Virus record (IMG/VR): IMGVR_UViG_3300028590_000320
Location: 1 to 53,141 of that record
Direction: 5' to 3' (one strand)
DNA: 53,141 nt
Origin: a virus
Taxonomy: Duplodnaviria; Caudoviricetes
In this document: positions 25,718-35,124 of the stretch, in pieces
How the letters are laid out: each line of letters begins with the position of its first letter
Position numbering within the stretch: the first letter of the stretch is position 1
The notes under the pieces: model-generated
Told to the model about the DNA's origin: nothing
What the model saw: only the letters and a program-made list of their open reading frames with translations
The model's database searches: none
Program-made: the position numbers and the translations under genes

Positions 25718-27142
25718 ATGGCCCTTGACGTCAACCAACAATCGCCGGAAGTCGCAGCGATGGCCACGCAATGGCCTGTCGCCGAGGCGTTGCTGGGTGG
25801 GACGCCGACCATGCGCGCCGCGGGCAAGAATTTTCTCCCGATGGAGACGCGCGAGGCCGCGGCAGACTACGAATATCGCCTGAGCGTCGCCACGCTGTTC
25901 CCGGCCTTCCGCCGCACCATCACTGTGATGGCCGGCAAGCCCTTCAGCAAGCCGCTCACGTTCGGCGAAGACGTGCCGGAGACGATCAAGGGCCTGTGCG
26001 ACGACTGCGACCTCGAAGGCCGCAACCTGCACACGTTCATGGCCGAGCTCATGCAGAAAGTCCTGGCCTTCGGTCTGGAAGGCGTGCTCGTGGACTACCC
26101 GGTGACCGCCGGCCAGGTCCGCACGCTGGCCGACGAAAAGGCCATCGGGGCCCGCCCGTACCTGGTGCCAATCAAGCACAGCCAGATCCTGGGCTGGAAA
26201 ACGCGCAAGGTGAACGGCGTCACGAAGCTGGCGCAACTGCGCATCGCCGAGGTGAAGGAGGTCGAAGACGGCCCCTTTGGCGTGAAGTGCGTCAAGCGCG
26301 TGCGCGTGCTGGCGCCGGGCTCGTTCGAAGTCTGGGAAGAGACCGAAAAGAAGGAGTGGATTCTGGTCGAGGGCGGCCTCACCACCCTGGACGACATCCC
26401 GTTCGTGCCCTTCTACGGCGCGCGCCTGGCCTTCATGTGCGGCGTCTCGCCGCTGCTGGACCTCGCGTACCAGAACGTCAAGCACTGGCAGCAGCAGAGC
26501 GACCAGGACGACAGTGCCCGCTTCGCGCGCAAGCGCCTGCTGGTGTTCTCAGGCATCACGGAAGACAGCGAAATCATCGCGTCATCGCATTACTCGGTGA
26601 AGCTGCCGCAGGGTGCGACGGCCACGGTGGTGCAAGGCTCGGCAGAGAGTGTGACCGTCGGCCGCACGGAGCTCGACGCGCTCGAGGCCCAGATGATCAC
26701 CACCGGCGCCGAGCTGCTGGTCGTGAAGCCTGGAGAGCAGAAGTCGGCGACCCAATCGAACAACGACGCAGAGGGCAACAAGTCCGACCTGCAGCGCATC
26801 AGTGAGAACTTCGCGGATTCGATCGATCAGTGCCTCCAGTTCATGGCGGAATGGCTGAAAGAGCCTACGGGCGGCCACGTGACCCTGTTCTCGGACTACG
26901 GCGCTGGCTCACTGTCGGATGCGTCGGCACAGTTGATCATCAGCATGCAGCAGGGCGGCTTGATCACGAAGGAAACGGCGATTCGTGAGCAGCAACGCCG
27001 CGGCACCCTGTCCCCCGACATCGATCCCGAAGCCGAGCTCGACGCGGTGGCCGAGGAGGGGCCGAAACTGGGCGAGATCACCGACGAGGACATCGACCCG
27101 CTGACCGGCCTTCCGAGAAAGCCTGAACCGGCCGCTGGCTGA
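25718..27142 (+). CDS. Portal protein (DUF4055)
   Basis: Position, size, PLLDLAYQNVKHWQQQSD motif. Confidence 0.85.
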   Translation: MALDVNQQSPEVAAMATQWPVAEALLGGTPTMRAAGKNFLPMETREAAADYEYRLSVATLFPAFRRTITVMAGKPFSKPLTFGEDVPETIKGLCDDCDLEGRNLHTFMAELMQKVLAFGLEGVLVDYPVTAGQVRTLADEKAIGARPYLVPIKHSQILGWKTRKVNGVTKLAQLRIAEVKEVEDGPFGVKCVKRVRVLAPGSFEVWEETEKKEWILVEGGLTTLDDIPFVPFYGARLAFMCGVSPLLDLAYQNVKHWQQQSDQDDSARFARKRLLVFSGITEDSEIIASSHYSVKLPQGATATVVQGSAESVTVGRTELDALEAQMITTGAELLVVKPGEQKSATQSNNDAEGNKSDLQRISENFADSIDQCLQFMAEWLKEPTGGHVTLFSDYGAGSLSDASAQLIISMQQGGLITKETAIREQQRRGTLSPDIDPEAELDAVAEEGPKLGEITDEDIDPLTGLPRKPEPAAG

Positions 27143-28254
27143 TGGCCACGGTCAACGAGAAGCTGCTGGATGCAGAGACCGACCACGCGGTCAACCTGCA
27201 GCAGTACAGCGCCGGGGTTGTGCAGCGCATCATTGCGATCCTGAACCGGGCCGACGCGCGGCTCGCAGCGGCCTTGATGGAGGCACTGGAGAGGGTGGAC
27301 GCAACGACGTTCACGATCGAGCGCTTGGAGGCGATGCTGGGTGCGGTGCGGTCCCTGAATCAGGAGGCCTACGACGCCATCGGGCGCGCGCTGCCGGAAG
27401 AAATGGCGGTACTGGCGACCTACGAAGCGGGCTACCAGTTCGACCTGTTCGCCAAGACGATCCCCGCCGGAGTGCAGGCAGTCGTTCCAGTGCAGGCGAT
27501 CAGCGTCGAGCAGGCCTACGCGGCGGCGATGAGTCGGCCCTTCCAGGGGCGCCTCCTGCGCTCCTGGGCGGCGGCGGTCGAGCCGACCCGCATGGCGCAG
27601 ATCCGGAACGCGGTGCGCGACGGCTACCTGCAGGGCAAGACCAATGACCAGATCATCCGTGACATCCGGGGCACGAAGGCAAAGGGCTATGAAGACGGCA
27701 TCCTGAACCGGGGTCGCATCGAGGTCGAGGCCGTTGTCCGGACAGCGGTGGCGCATACAGCGGCCATGGCCCGCGAGGAGTTCTACAAGGCAAACACCGA
27801 GTTGATCGCGGCCCTGAAGTGGGTGTCGACGCTGGACCTGCGCACGAGCGCGATGTGCCGCATCCGCGACGGGAAGAAGTACACGACGGACCACAAGCCT
27901 GTCGGGCACTCGGTGCCGTGGCTGCAGGGGCCGGGCCGGCTCCACTGGCGGTGCCGCTCAAGCAGCGCGCCGATAACGAAGTCATTCCGCGAACTCGGCA
28001 TCGACATCGACGAGTTGGCGCCGGCAGAGCGTGCCAGCATGGACGGCCAGGTGCCGGCGGAGATGAGCTACGGCGAGTGGCTGCAGAAGCAATCGGCCAA
28101 GCGTCAGGATGAGGTTGTCGGGCCGGTGCGTGGCAGGCTCATGAGAGAGGGGCGGGTTCCCTTCGACCAGTTCTACAACGCTCGGGGCGAGTGGATTGAC
28201 CTGGATGTGTTGCGCGCTCGGGATGCCGAGGCTTTCAAGAAGGCTGGCTTGTAG
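27142..28254 (+). CDS. Minor head/morphogenesis protein (SPP1 gp7 / Mu F)
   Basis: VRTA, WVSTLDLRTS.MCR.RDG, HWRCRS. Confidence 0.9.
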   Translation: MATVNEKLLDAETDHAVNLQQYSAGVVQRIIAILNRADARLAAALMEALERVDATTFTIERLEAMLGAVRSLNQEAYDAIGRALPEEMAVLATYEAGYQFDLFAKTIPAGVQAVVPVQAISVEQAYAAAMSRPFQGRLLRSWAAAVEPTRMAQIRNAVRDGYLQGKTNDQIIRDIRGTKAKGYEDGILNRGRIEVEAVVRTAVAHTAAMAREEFYKANTELIAALKWVSTLDLRTSAMCRIRDGKKYTTDHKPVGHSVPWLQGPGRLHWRCRSSSAPITKSFRELGIDIDELAPAERASMDGQVPAEMSYGEWLQKQSAKRQDEVVGPVRGRLMREGRVPFDQFYNARGEWIDLDVLRARDAEAFKKAGL

Positions 28255-28267
28255 GCAAAATGGCGGC

Positions 28268-28579
28268 ATGACTGAAACACAGGTGACTGACCGGAAACTG
28301 CTCAAGGCTGCCGCGAAGGCGGCGGGGATGATTCCGCCGCCTGCCGGCATGGAGGAAGGCGGCGCCGGGCCTATGAGCAAAGGCGGCCTGGTCTTTTCGG
28401 GCAACGGCGAGTGCATTGACTGGAACCCGCTGACCGACGACGGCGACGCGCTACGGTTGGCGGTGAAGCTGCACTTGCACAAGGCAATTGCTGAAGCGCA
28501 CCGGCTCGTATCGAACGAACTGGACTTCTACGCCACCACCCGGCTCGCCATCGTCCGTGCCGCTGCCGCGTTGGCATAG
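28268..28579 (+). CDS. Phage protein, paralog of 1876-2205
   Basis: TDRKLLKAAAKAAG...WNPLTDDGDALRLAVKL...TRLAIVRAAA. Confidence 0.75.
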   Translation: MTETQVTDRKLLKAAAKAAGMIPPPAGMEEGGAGPMSKGGLVFSGNGECIDWNPLTDDGDALRLAVKLHLHKAIAEAHRLVSNELDFYATTRLAIVRAAAALA

Positions 28580-28580
28580 C

Positions 28581-28817
28581 GTGCCAACCCTGAAGCTCGT
28601 CCCTCCCGTCGAACCCTCTCCAGTCGAGAAGGTCCGCCAGCGCGTGCGTGCGATGCCGAAGCCGGCCGCCGTGCTGCAGTGCAACCGCTGCGGTGGCCGG
28701 GAGATGATCGAGACGAAGACTGGCATGCTGTTCAAGGACGGCAAGGCCAGCGGAGGCACAAAGCAGATCGTCTGCGTGACTTGCCTGATGAAGGGCGAAA
28801 GGGTGGTGGTCGCATGA
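28581..28817 (+). CDS. Small zinc-ribbon protein
   Basis: CNRCGG...CVTC. Confidence 0.65.
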   Translation: MPTLKLVPPVEPSPVEKVRQRVRAMPKPAAVLQCNRCGGREMIETKTGMLFKDGKASGGTKQIVCVTCLMKGERVVVA

Positions 28818-28963
28818 TCGGTGTTTTTGGAGCGCAAACAGGTGCCGCGATCCGACGATTCTTCGACGGGAGCGTCCCGCTGTGGTTGTATGCCACCCTC
28901 GCCGTGGCAATGATCATCTGCGCCGTCCTGGCGTACCGAGACTGGCGAAACCGCCGCTACTGA
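28814..28963 (+). CDS. Small single-TM protein
   Basis: LWLYATLAVAMIICAVLAY followed by basic tail. Confidence 0.5.
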   Translation: MIGVFGAQTGAAIRRFFDGSVPLWLYATLAVAMIICAVLAYRDWRNRRY

Positions 28964-28987
28964 ACACCGGCCGCAAGGCCCAAAACA

Positions 28988-29058
28988 ACCCGCCCCGGGC
29001 AGCCGCGGCGGGTTTTCTTTTTCCCAAGCCGTTGTGCGCAAGCCCAGCGGCTTTTTTC
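28988..29058 (+). terminator. Two tandem terminator-like hairpins
   Basis: AACCCGCC...GGCGGGTT-TTCTTTTT and AAGCCG...CGGCTTTTTT. Confidence 0.6.
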
Positions 29059-29147
29059 ATGCCTCAAACGCGGATGCGGAGTAGGGCGCTTCGGGCCGGA
29101 TGGCTCACCGCACACGGTTGGATGACCGTGAAGAAAGTACCTCAACC

Positions 29148-29927
29148 ATGCCATTCAAATACGACGCAGACGGCAACATCGTCATTCAGGAAGTCAACGG
29201 CCAGAAGCTGCCCGTGTTCGTGCACGCAGACGGCAAAGAAGCTCCCTTCGATGGCGACGGAACTGTCTCCACGATCAGCCGCCTCAACGGCGAAGCCCGC
29301 ACCCACCGGGAGGCCAAGGAGGCTGCAGAGCTTGCTCTGAAGCCGTTCAAGGACGCCGGCATCACGGATGCGGCTGCAGCCGTGAATGCGTTGAAGACCG
29401 TGAAGAACCTCGACGACAAGAAGCTGGTGGATGCCGGCGAAGTCGAGAAGATTCGCCAGGCGGCGATCGATTCGGTCCGTGCCGAGTACGAGCCCTTCAA
29501 GACCAAGGCGACTGAACTGGAGCAGCAGCTCTATGGCGAGAAGATCGGCGGCGCCTTCGCGCGCTCGAAGTTCATCGCCGAAAAGATCGCCGTTCCCGCC
29601 GACATGGTGCAAGCCGCGTTCGGCAGTCGGTTCAAGGTCGATGGTGGCAAGACGGTTGCGCTGGACCTCAACGGCCAGCCGATCTTCAGCCGCACGCGTC
29701 ATGGCGAGCCTGCCGACTTCGAAGAAGCCCTCGAGATCATGGTGGATGCCTACCCGCACAAGGCAAGCATCCTCAAGGGATCGGGCGCATCGGGCGGCGG
29801 CGCAGGCGGCAATGGTGGGGGCGGCTCTGGCGGCAAGAAGACCATCACCCGTGAGCAATTCGGAAAACTGGACCCCGCAGCGCAAGCCGCAGCGGCCCGG
29901 GATGCGAACACTGTCATCACGGAATAA
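29148..29927 (+). CDS. Capsid scaffolding protein (DUF6651-like)
   Basis: Position before capsid; LNGEA..HRE.KE, GEPADFEEALE, Gly-rich tail. Confidence 0.8.
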   Translation: MPFKYDADGNIVIQEVNGQKLPVFVHADGKEAPFDGDGTVSTISRLNGEARTHREAKEAAELALKPFKDAGITDAAAAVNALKTVKNLDDKKLVDAGEVEKIRQAAIDSVRAEYEPFKTKATELEQQLYGEKIGGAFARSKFIAEKIAVPADMVQAAFGSRFKVDGGKTVALDLNGQPIFSRTRHGEPADFEEALEIMVDAYPHKASILKGSGASGGGAGGNGGGGSGGKKTITREQFGKLDPAAQAAAARDANTVITE

Positions 29928-29989
29928 GCGATTTCCAAGCAACCCCGGGCCGCCATGAGCGGCCTTTTTTCATTTCTGAAAGTCCAATC

Positions 29990-31300
29990 ATGACCAAGCT
30001 CTTCCCCAAGCTGCGCCTCTCGGCGCTCGTCGTCGCGGCAATCGCCGTCGCGGCTTACCCCGTGGCCACCGTCGCCGCGGCTGCCGGCCGTGTCTACGGC
30101 TACCTGTCGGGCCTGACGCTGCCGCAGCCCGGCGCGGTCCTCGGCTCGAACACGCTGACGGGCCTGATCCCGACCATCTACAACGCGCTGGACGTCGTCT
30201 CGCGCGAGCTGGTGGGCTTCATCCCTGCCGTGTCCTCGGACATGACCTACGACCGCGCGGCCGTCGGCCAGACGGTGCGCTCGCCCGTTGCGCCCGCCGC
30301 CACCGCTGCTGACATCACGCCTGCCGTGACGCCGCCGAACGACGGCGACCAAGTGATCGGTTCGACCGACATGACGATCACCAAGGCTCGCCGCGTCCCG
30401 ATCCGCTGGAACGGCGAAGAAAAGCGCGGACTCGACAACAACGGCGCCAGCTTCAACGTCATCCTGCGCGATCAGTTCGCGCAGGGCATGCGCACGCTGG
30501 TGAACGAGGTTGAGTCCGACCTGGCCGGCCTGCACATCTACGCATCGCGCGCCTACGGCACGCCGGGCACTACGCCGTTTGCGACGAACCTGTCCGACAC
30601 GGCGCAGATGCGCAAGATCCTGGCGGACAACGGCGCGCCCATGGGCGACCTGCAGACCGTGATCGACACCTCGGCCGGCGCTTCGATGCGCACGCTGACG
30701 CAGCTGTCCAAGGCCAACGAAGCGGACGACACGTCGCTTCTGCGCCGCGGCGTGCTGCTCGACGTGCACGGCTTCGCCATCCGCGAGTCGGCTGGCGTGA
30801 AGCAGGGTGTCGTCGTGGGGACTGGTGCCAGCGCGACGACCAACGCCGCGGGCTACGCCATCGGCGCCACAGTCATCACCCTGGCCTCGGCTGGCACCGG
30901 CACGGTCATCGCGGGCGATGTGATCACCTTTGCCGGCGATGCGAACAAGTACCTGGTTGCCTCCGGCGACGCGGACGTTTCGAACGGCGGCACCATCACG
31001 CTGGCTGCGCCCGGCCTGCGCAAGGCGATTCCCGCCTCGGCGACTGCGATCACCGTCTCGGCCGCTGCGACCCGCAACATGAGCTTCGCGCGCTCCGCGA
31101 TCGCTCTCGCCACCCGCGCGCCGGCACTGCCGCCGCAAGGTGACAGCGCTGTCGACCGCCAGATCATCACCGACCCGGTGAGCGGCCTGTCGTTCGAAGT
31201 GTCGATGTACGCCCAGTACCGCCAGATGCAGTATGAAATCGCCCTGGCCTGGGGCGTCGCCGCGGTGAAGAAAGAGCACATCGCTCTGCTGCTCGGCTAA
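29990..31300 (+). CDS. Major capsid protein (P22-coat-like) with N-terminal hydrophobic extension
   Basis: NTLTGLIPTIYNALDVVSRELVGFIP...DPVSGLSFEV...WGVAAVKKEHIALLLG. Confidence 0.9.
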   Translation: MTKLFPKLRLSALVVAAIAVAAYPVATVAAAAGRVYGYLSGLTLPQPGAVLGSNTLTGLIPTIYNALDVVSRELVGFIPAVSSDMTYDRAAVGQTVRSPVAPAATAADITPAVTPPNDGDQVIGSTDMTITKARRVPIRWNGEEKRGLDNNGASFNVILRDQFAQGMRTLVNEVESDLAGLHIYASRAYGTPGTTPFATNLSDTAQMRKILADNGAPMGDLQTVIDTSAGASMRTLTQLSKANEADDTSLLRRGVLLDVHGFAIRESAGVKQGVVVGTGASATTNAAGYAIGATVITLASAGTGTVIAGDVITFAGDANKYLVASGDADVSNGGTITLAAPGLRKAIPASATAITVSAAATRNMSFARSAIALATRAPALPPQGDSAVDRQIITDPVSGLSFEVSMYAQYRQMQYEIALAWGVAAVKKEHIALLLG

Positions 31301-31356
31301 TCCGAGCCGCCCGGGGCTTCGGCCTCGGGCTCGTCCCACAACTTCGGAGAAGCGCC

Positions 31357-31596
31357 ATGAAGACCATCAAGATCAAGCCGTCGCACGAGAGCCAAGGCGA
31401 CCACGTCCTCATCAACGAGGCCGACTTCAACCCCGACCTGCACGAACTGCTCGACGGCGCGCCGGCTGCGGACGAACCCAAATCGATGACCGCCGCCGAG
31501 CTCAAGGAAGCGCTGACCGCCAAGGGCATCGAGTTCCGCGGCAACGCCAGCAAGGCCGACCTTCAAGCGCTGCTCGACGGCGCGCCGGCTGCCTGA
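31357..31596 (+). CDS. HeH/LEM-domain small protein
   Basis: MTAAELKEALTAKGIEFRGNASKADLQALL. Confidence 0.8.
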   Translation: MKTIKIKPSHESQGDHVLINEADFNPDLHELLDGAPAADEPKSMTAAELKEALTAKGIEFRGNASKADLQALLDGAPAA

Positions 31597-31659
31597 GCCC
31601 CGCTCGCGAAGCGTCTATTGGGTGCTTCCCAAGACTGACTCTCCCTCGAAAGGCCTCCT

Positions 31660-32238
31660 ATGCCACTCGTCAATTCCGGCTATCGCTTGGGCCAAGGCGG
31701 CTACTACAAGGACTCGGACGGCTCGGGCCCCTACGCAATCGACTCTGCTGGCGTCGCCACCCTGATCGGAAGCGGCGGCGGTGCCGGCGGTTCGGTCACT
31801 GTCACGAACTTCCCGGCGACGCAGCCGGTGTCCGCCGCGGCTCTGCCACTGCCCACAGGCGCAGCCACATCGGCGGCCCAGACGACGGGTAACAACTCGC
31901 TCTCGAGCATCGACGGCAAGCTGCCCGCGCAATCCACCGGCGCTGTACCCGTCGAGACGATCAAGCAGGTCCTCGTGGCCCGGCAACTTGCTGTTGCAGC
32001 ATCGAGCGGGGCCAGCGCCAACACCGCGCTGACCACAACCTGCCGCCGCATCAGCATCTACGCCCGCGGCGCCGACGTACGCTATGCCATTGGCTCCAGC
32101 GGCCAGACAGCGAGCGCCACCAGCCACTTCATCGCGGCCGGCGAGCGCCTAGACCTCGCAGTCCCTGCGACGCCGAACATCGCAGTTCTCGGCGCCACAC
32201 CGACCACCGGCACCCTGGAAGTCTCGGAGCTTTCGTGA
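31660..32238 (+). CDS. Putative head decoration/spike protein
   Basis: Gly/Ser/Thr-rich beta protein after capsid. Confidence 0.6.
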   Translation: MPLVNSGYRLGQGGYYKDSDGSGPYAIDSAGVATLIGSGGGAGGSVTVTNFPATQPVSAAALPLPTGAATSAAQTTGNNSLSSIDGKLPAQSTGAVPVETIKQVLVARQLAVAASSGASANTALTTTCRRISIYARGADVRYAIGSSGQTASATSHFIAAGERLDLAVPATPNIAVLGATPTTGTLEVSELS

Positions 32239-33029
32239 GGCAGCGCGCAACACGCATGGGCGGGAACAGGGCGCCGGCCGCACTCGCCGCTCGCGTGGCC
32301 GCGCTCATGGCGTCGTTCTCGGGGCCGAAGCTGTGGCTCGACCCGTCTGATGTGTCCACGATGCAGCAAGACAGTGCGGGCACCACGCCCGTTGCGTCGG
32401 CAGGCGACCCCATCGGTCGCATCATGGACAAGAGTGGTGCGGCGAACCACGCTACACAGGCGACGACCACCAGCCGGCCGCTGTGGCAGACGACCTACGC
32501 GGCGTTCGACGGCACGGATGACTCGTGGGCAACGGCGAGCATCGACTTCTCCAGCACGGACAAGGTGACTGTCGTTGCGGGGATCAGAAAGCTGAGCGAT
32601 GCCGCTGCTGGCGTCGTAGCAGAGTTGAGTGCTAGCGCTGCGGCGAATGCCGGATCGTTTGCAATTTATGCGCCTCCGGGTGCGACAGCTTCAGTTGGCT
32701 CCGCGTCCCGGGGCTCTACAACAACCGTAAATGCACTCACATCGACGACCTTCCCAGCGCCCCTAAGCGCCGTTCTCGCAGCGATTGGAGACATCGCGGG
32801 GCCGTCAATCTTGACTCGCGTCAATGGAGCACAGGCGGCTCAATCGGCCACCTCTCAGGGCGGAGGGAACTATGGAATCTACCCTCTGTTCGTGGGTCGC
32901 CGCAACAGTGCCAGCGTCCCCTTCAACGGCAACCTCTACGGCCTGATCATCATCGGCCGGCTGCTCTCGCCCGACGAGCTGTGGGTCTGCGAGCGGTACA
33001 TGGCCCAGCAGGCGGGGATTTCGATATGA
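32235..33029 (+). CDS. LamG/lectin-like virion protein
   Basis: LWLDPSD.ST..QD..GTTPV...DKSG..NHATQ...FDG.DD motif. Confidence 0.65.
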   Translation: MRQRATRMGGNRAPAALAARVAALMASFSGPKLWLDPSDVSTMQQDSAGTTPVASAGDPIGRIMDKSGAANHATQATTTSRPLWQTTYAAFDGTDDSWATASIDFSSTDKVTVVAGIRKLSDAAAGVVAELSASAAANAGSFAIYAPPGATASVGSASRGSTTTVNALTSTTFPAPLSAVLAAIGDIAGPSILTRVNGAQAAQSATSQGGGNYGIYPLFVGRRNSASVPFNGNLYGLIIIGRLLSPDELWVCERYMAQQAGISI

Positions 33030-33373
33030 CCTATGTCCATCGCTGCCTGATCGTTCCTGCGGCGCTTGCTCCCCAGGCGCGCAACCTGTGCGAGAAGCTC
33101 GCCGGTCCGCCTGGCGCCGGGATGTTCGTGATGGGACTGTCCGCCACAGGTGCCTCGCCCGCCACGCACTACGTCTCGAGCGGAAAGATCGAGGACACGT
33201 TCGCTGCCGTGATGGCTGACCCCGCTGTCATGGTCGCTGCGTGCCTGAAGGCGGGAATCGTGGTCTCGCTGGCCGCGTGCCAGGCACTGCTTTCGGGGAG
33301 CGATGTGAGCGCCGAAATGCCGTTCGTCGCAATGTCTCGCCTCGGCTTGAAGCTGGTCCAGGAGCCCGCATGA
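33026..33373 (+). CDS. Phage protein (fibre chaperone-like)
   Basis: LSATG..PATHY.SSG motif. Confidence 0.6.
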   Translation: MTYVHRCLIVPAALAPQARNLCEKLAGPPGAGMFVMGLSATGASPATHYVSSGKIEDTFAAVMADPAVMVAACLKAGIVVSLAACQALLSGSDVSAEMPFVAMSRLGLKLVQEPA

Positions 33374-33861
33374 CCCTGATCATCCCTCCCGCCACCAACG
33401 CGAACTCTCTGTGCTCGGTCGCGGATGCCAACGCCTACCATGCCGCGCGCAAGAACGCCGCATGGGCGTCTCTGGCGAACGACGACAAGGAGGCGAACCT
33501 CATCAAGGCGACCGACTACCTCGGCCAGGTCTACGGGCAGCGCTGGAAGGGCGTCCGCACCTCGTCGCTGCAGACGCTGGACTGGCCGCGCTACGACGTG
33601 TGCGCCAACGGTTATCCGGTGGCGAGTGACATCGTGCCGGTGGCCGTGGCCAATGCCTGCGCCGAAATGGCGCTGCGGGCGATCACCAGCCCGAGCCTGG
33701 CGCCAGACGTCTCGCGGCTGAAGAAGCGGGTGAAGGTTGGCCCCATCGAGACCGAGTACGTGGATGGCAGCACCGGTCAGACCCGGTATACGGCCGTCGA
33801 CAACATGCTGGCCGCCTACCTGAGCTCGAGCGGCTCGATGATCAAGATGGTGCGCGCGTGA
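33370..33861 (+). CDS. Head-tail adaptor (DnaT-like annotated family)
   Basis: ANS..SVADA.AYH..R, ATDYL, QTLDWPR, KVGPIETEY. Confidence 0.85.
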   Translation: MTLIIPPATNANSLCSVADANAYHAARKNAAWASLANDDKEANLIKATDYLGQVYGQRWKGVRTSSLQTLDWPRYDVCANGYPVASDIVPVAVANACAEMALRAITSPSLAPDVSRLKKRVKVGPIETEYVDGSTGQTRYTAVDNMLAAYLSSSGSMIKMVRA

Positions 33862-34226
33862 TGGCCTTCTACGATGAGATGGCGGCCATCGCCGACGAAC
33901 TGCTGATCGAGTACGGCGCGCCCGCGCTGCTGACGCGCGTGACGCCCGGCGGCTACGACCCGGACACCGGCACGACGACACCTGACGTCACAACCACATG
34001 GGATGGCACGGGCGCCAAGTTCGACTATGAGCAAGATGACATCGACGGCACGAAGATTCGCCAGGGAGACCAGCGTGTCTACATGAGCGTGGCGGGTGTG
34101 GTGAACCCCCAGACGGGCGACACCCTGACGATCGATGGCGTCGTCCTGAATGTCGTCATCTCGCGCGCGCTGAAGCCGGCATCTACGGCCGTCCTCTACG
34201 ACGTGCAGGTCCGCGGAGTGATCTGA
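33858..34226 (+). CDS. Head closure protein
   Basis: YDPDTG, IDGTKIRQGD, position. Confidence 0.75.
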   Translation: MMAFYDEMAAIADELLIEYGAPALLTRVTPGGYDPDTGTTTPDVTTTWDGTGAKFDYEQDDIDGTKIRQGDQRVYMSVAGVVNPQTGDTLTIDGVVLNVVISRALKPASTAVLYDVQVRGVI

Positions 34227-34630
34227 TGGGTCAGTTCGTCCTGCAGTTGTCGGAGTTCGCAAAGAAGGCCGGCCAGAACGCTGACCTCGTGATCAAGAAG
34301 GTTGCCATCGACATCTTGGCGCGCGTGATCCAGCGCTCGCCCGTCGACACCGGCCGGTTCCGCGGCAACTGGCAGCTGACAGTGGGCTCGCCGTCATCCG
34401 GCACCCGCCAGGCCGCTGACAAGAGCGGCGCGACCACCGTGGAAGCCGGCTCGAAGGTCATCGCGAAGTTCGAGGCAGGGCCGGACATCTTCATCGTGAA
34501 CAACTTGCCCTATGGGCCGCGCCTGGAGTACGAGGGCTGGTCGAAGCAGGCTCCTGCAGGCATGGTTCGCGTGACGGTGTCTGAATTCGAAGGCCTCATC
34601 GCCAAGGCGATCGGAGAGTCCAAGACATGA
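34226..34630 (+). CDS. HK97 gp10-like neck protein
   Basis: SPVDTGRFRGNW, NNLPY..RLEY.G.SKQAPAGMVR. Confidence 0.88.
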   Translation: MGQFVLQLSEFAKKAGQNADLVIKKVAIDILARVIQRSPVDTGRFRGNWQLTVGSPSSGTRQAADKSGATTVEAGSKVIAKFEAGPDIFIVNNLPYGPRLEYEGWSKQAPAGMVRVTVSEFEGLIAKAIGESKT

Positions 34631-35043
34631 GCGAACAGTTGATCCGCAGCCTGTACGAGGGGCGCCTGAAGGCGTGGGCGGCCGCGCGCGCGCCATCGCT
34701 GCCCGTGGCGTGGGAGAACGTCTCCTTTACCCCGCCGACGGGCGCCTACCTGCGGGCCTTTCTGCTGCCAGGCGACACCAGGAGCAGAGACCTGTACGGC
34801 GACAACCGACACCGCGTAGGCGTCTTCCAGGTGAATCTGGTGTGCCCCGCCGGCAACGGCCCCGGCGTGGCCGGAGGCATTGCGGCAGAGCTCGAAGCTC
34901 TGTTTCCCATGAACCTGATCCTCGCCAGTGGCGCCTTCACGGTCACGCAGGTCACACCGCTGCGCACCCGCGCTGCACTGACCGACGACCGCTACACGGT
35001 CCCGGTGGACTTCCAGTACCGCTCGGACACCTACCCGACCTGA
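34627..35043 (+). CDS. Tail terminator (DUF4128)
   Basis: VAWENV.FTPP, GVFQV...P.G.G. Confidence 0.8.
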   Translation: MSEQLIRSLYEGRLKAWAAARAPSLPVAWENVSFTPPTGAYLRAFLLPGDTRSRDLYGDNRHRVGVFQVNLVCPAGNGPGVAGGIAAELEALFPMNLILASGAFTVTQVTPLRTRAALTDDRYTVPVDFQYRSDTYPT

Positions 35044-35124
35044 TTTCTCTCCCGCCCTTTCGTGGGCTTCTGCAACCTGGCCGCCATTGAGCGGCCTTTT
35101 TCTTTTCCGAAAGGGCCACAAGCC

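Noticed and set aside
29750-31339. Long antisense ORFs (529 aa here, also 6977-8056, 7393-8514, 34510-35721)
   Set aside because: Shadow frames of real GC-rich genes, no motifs
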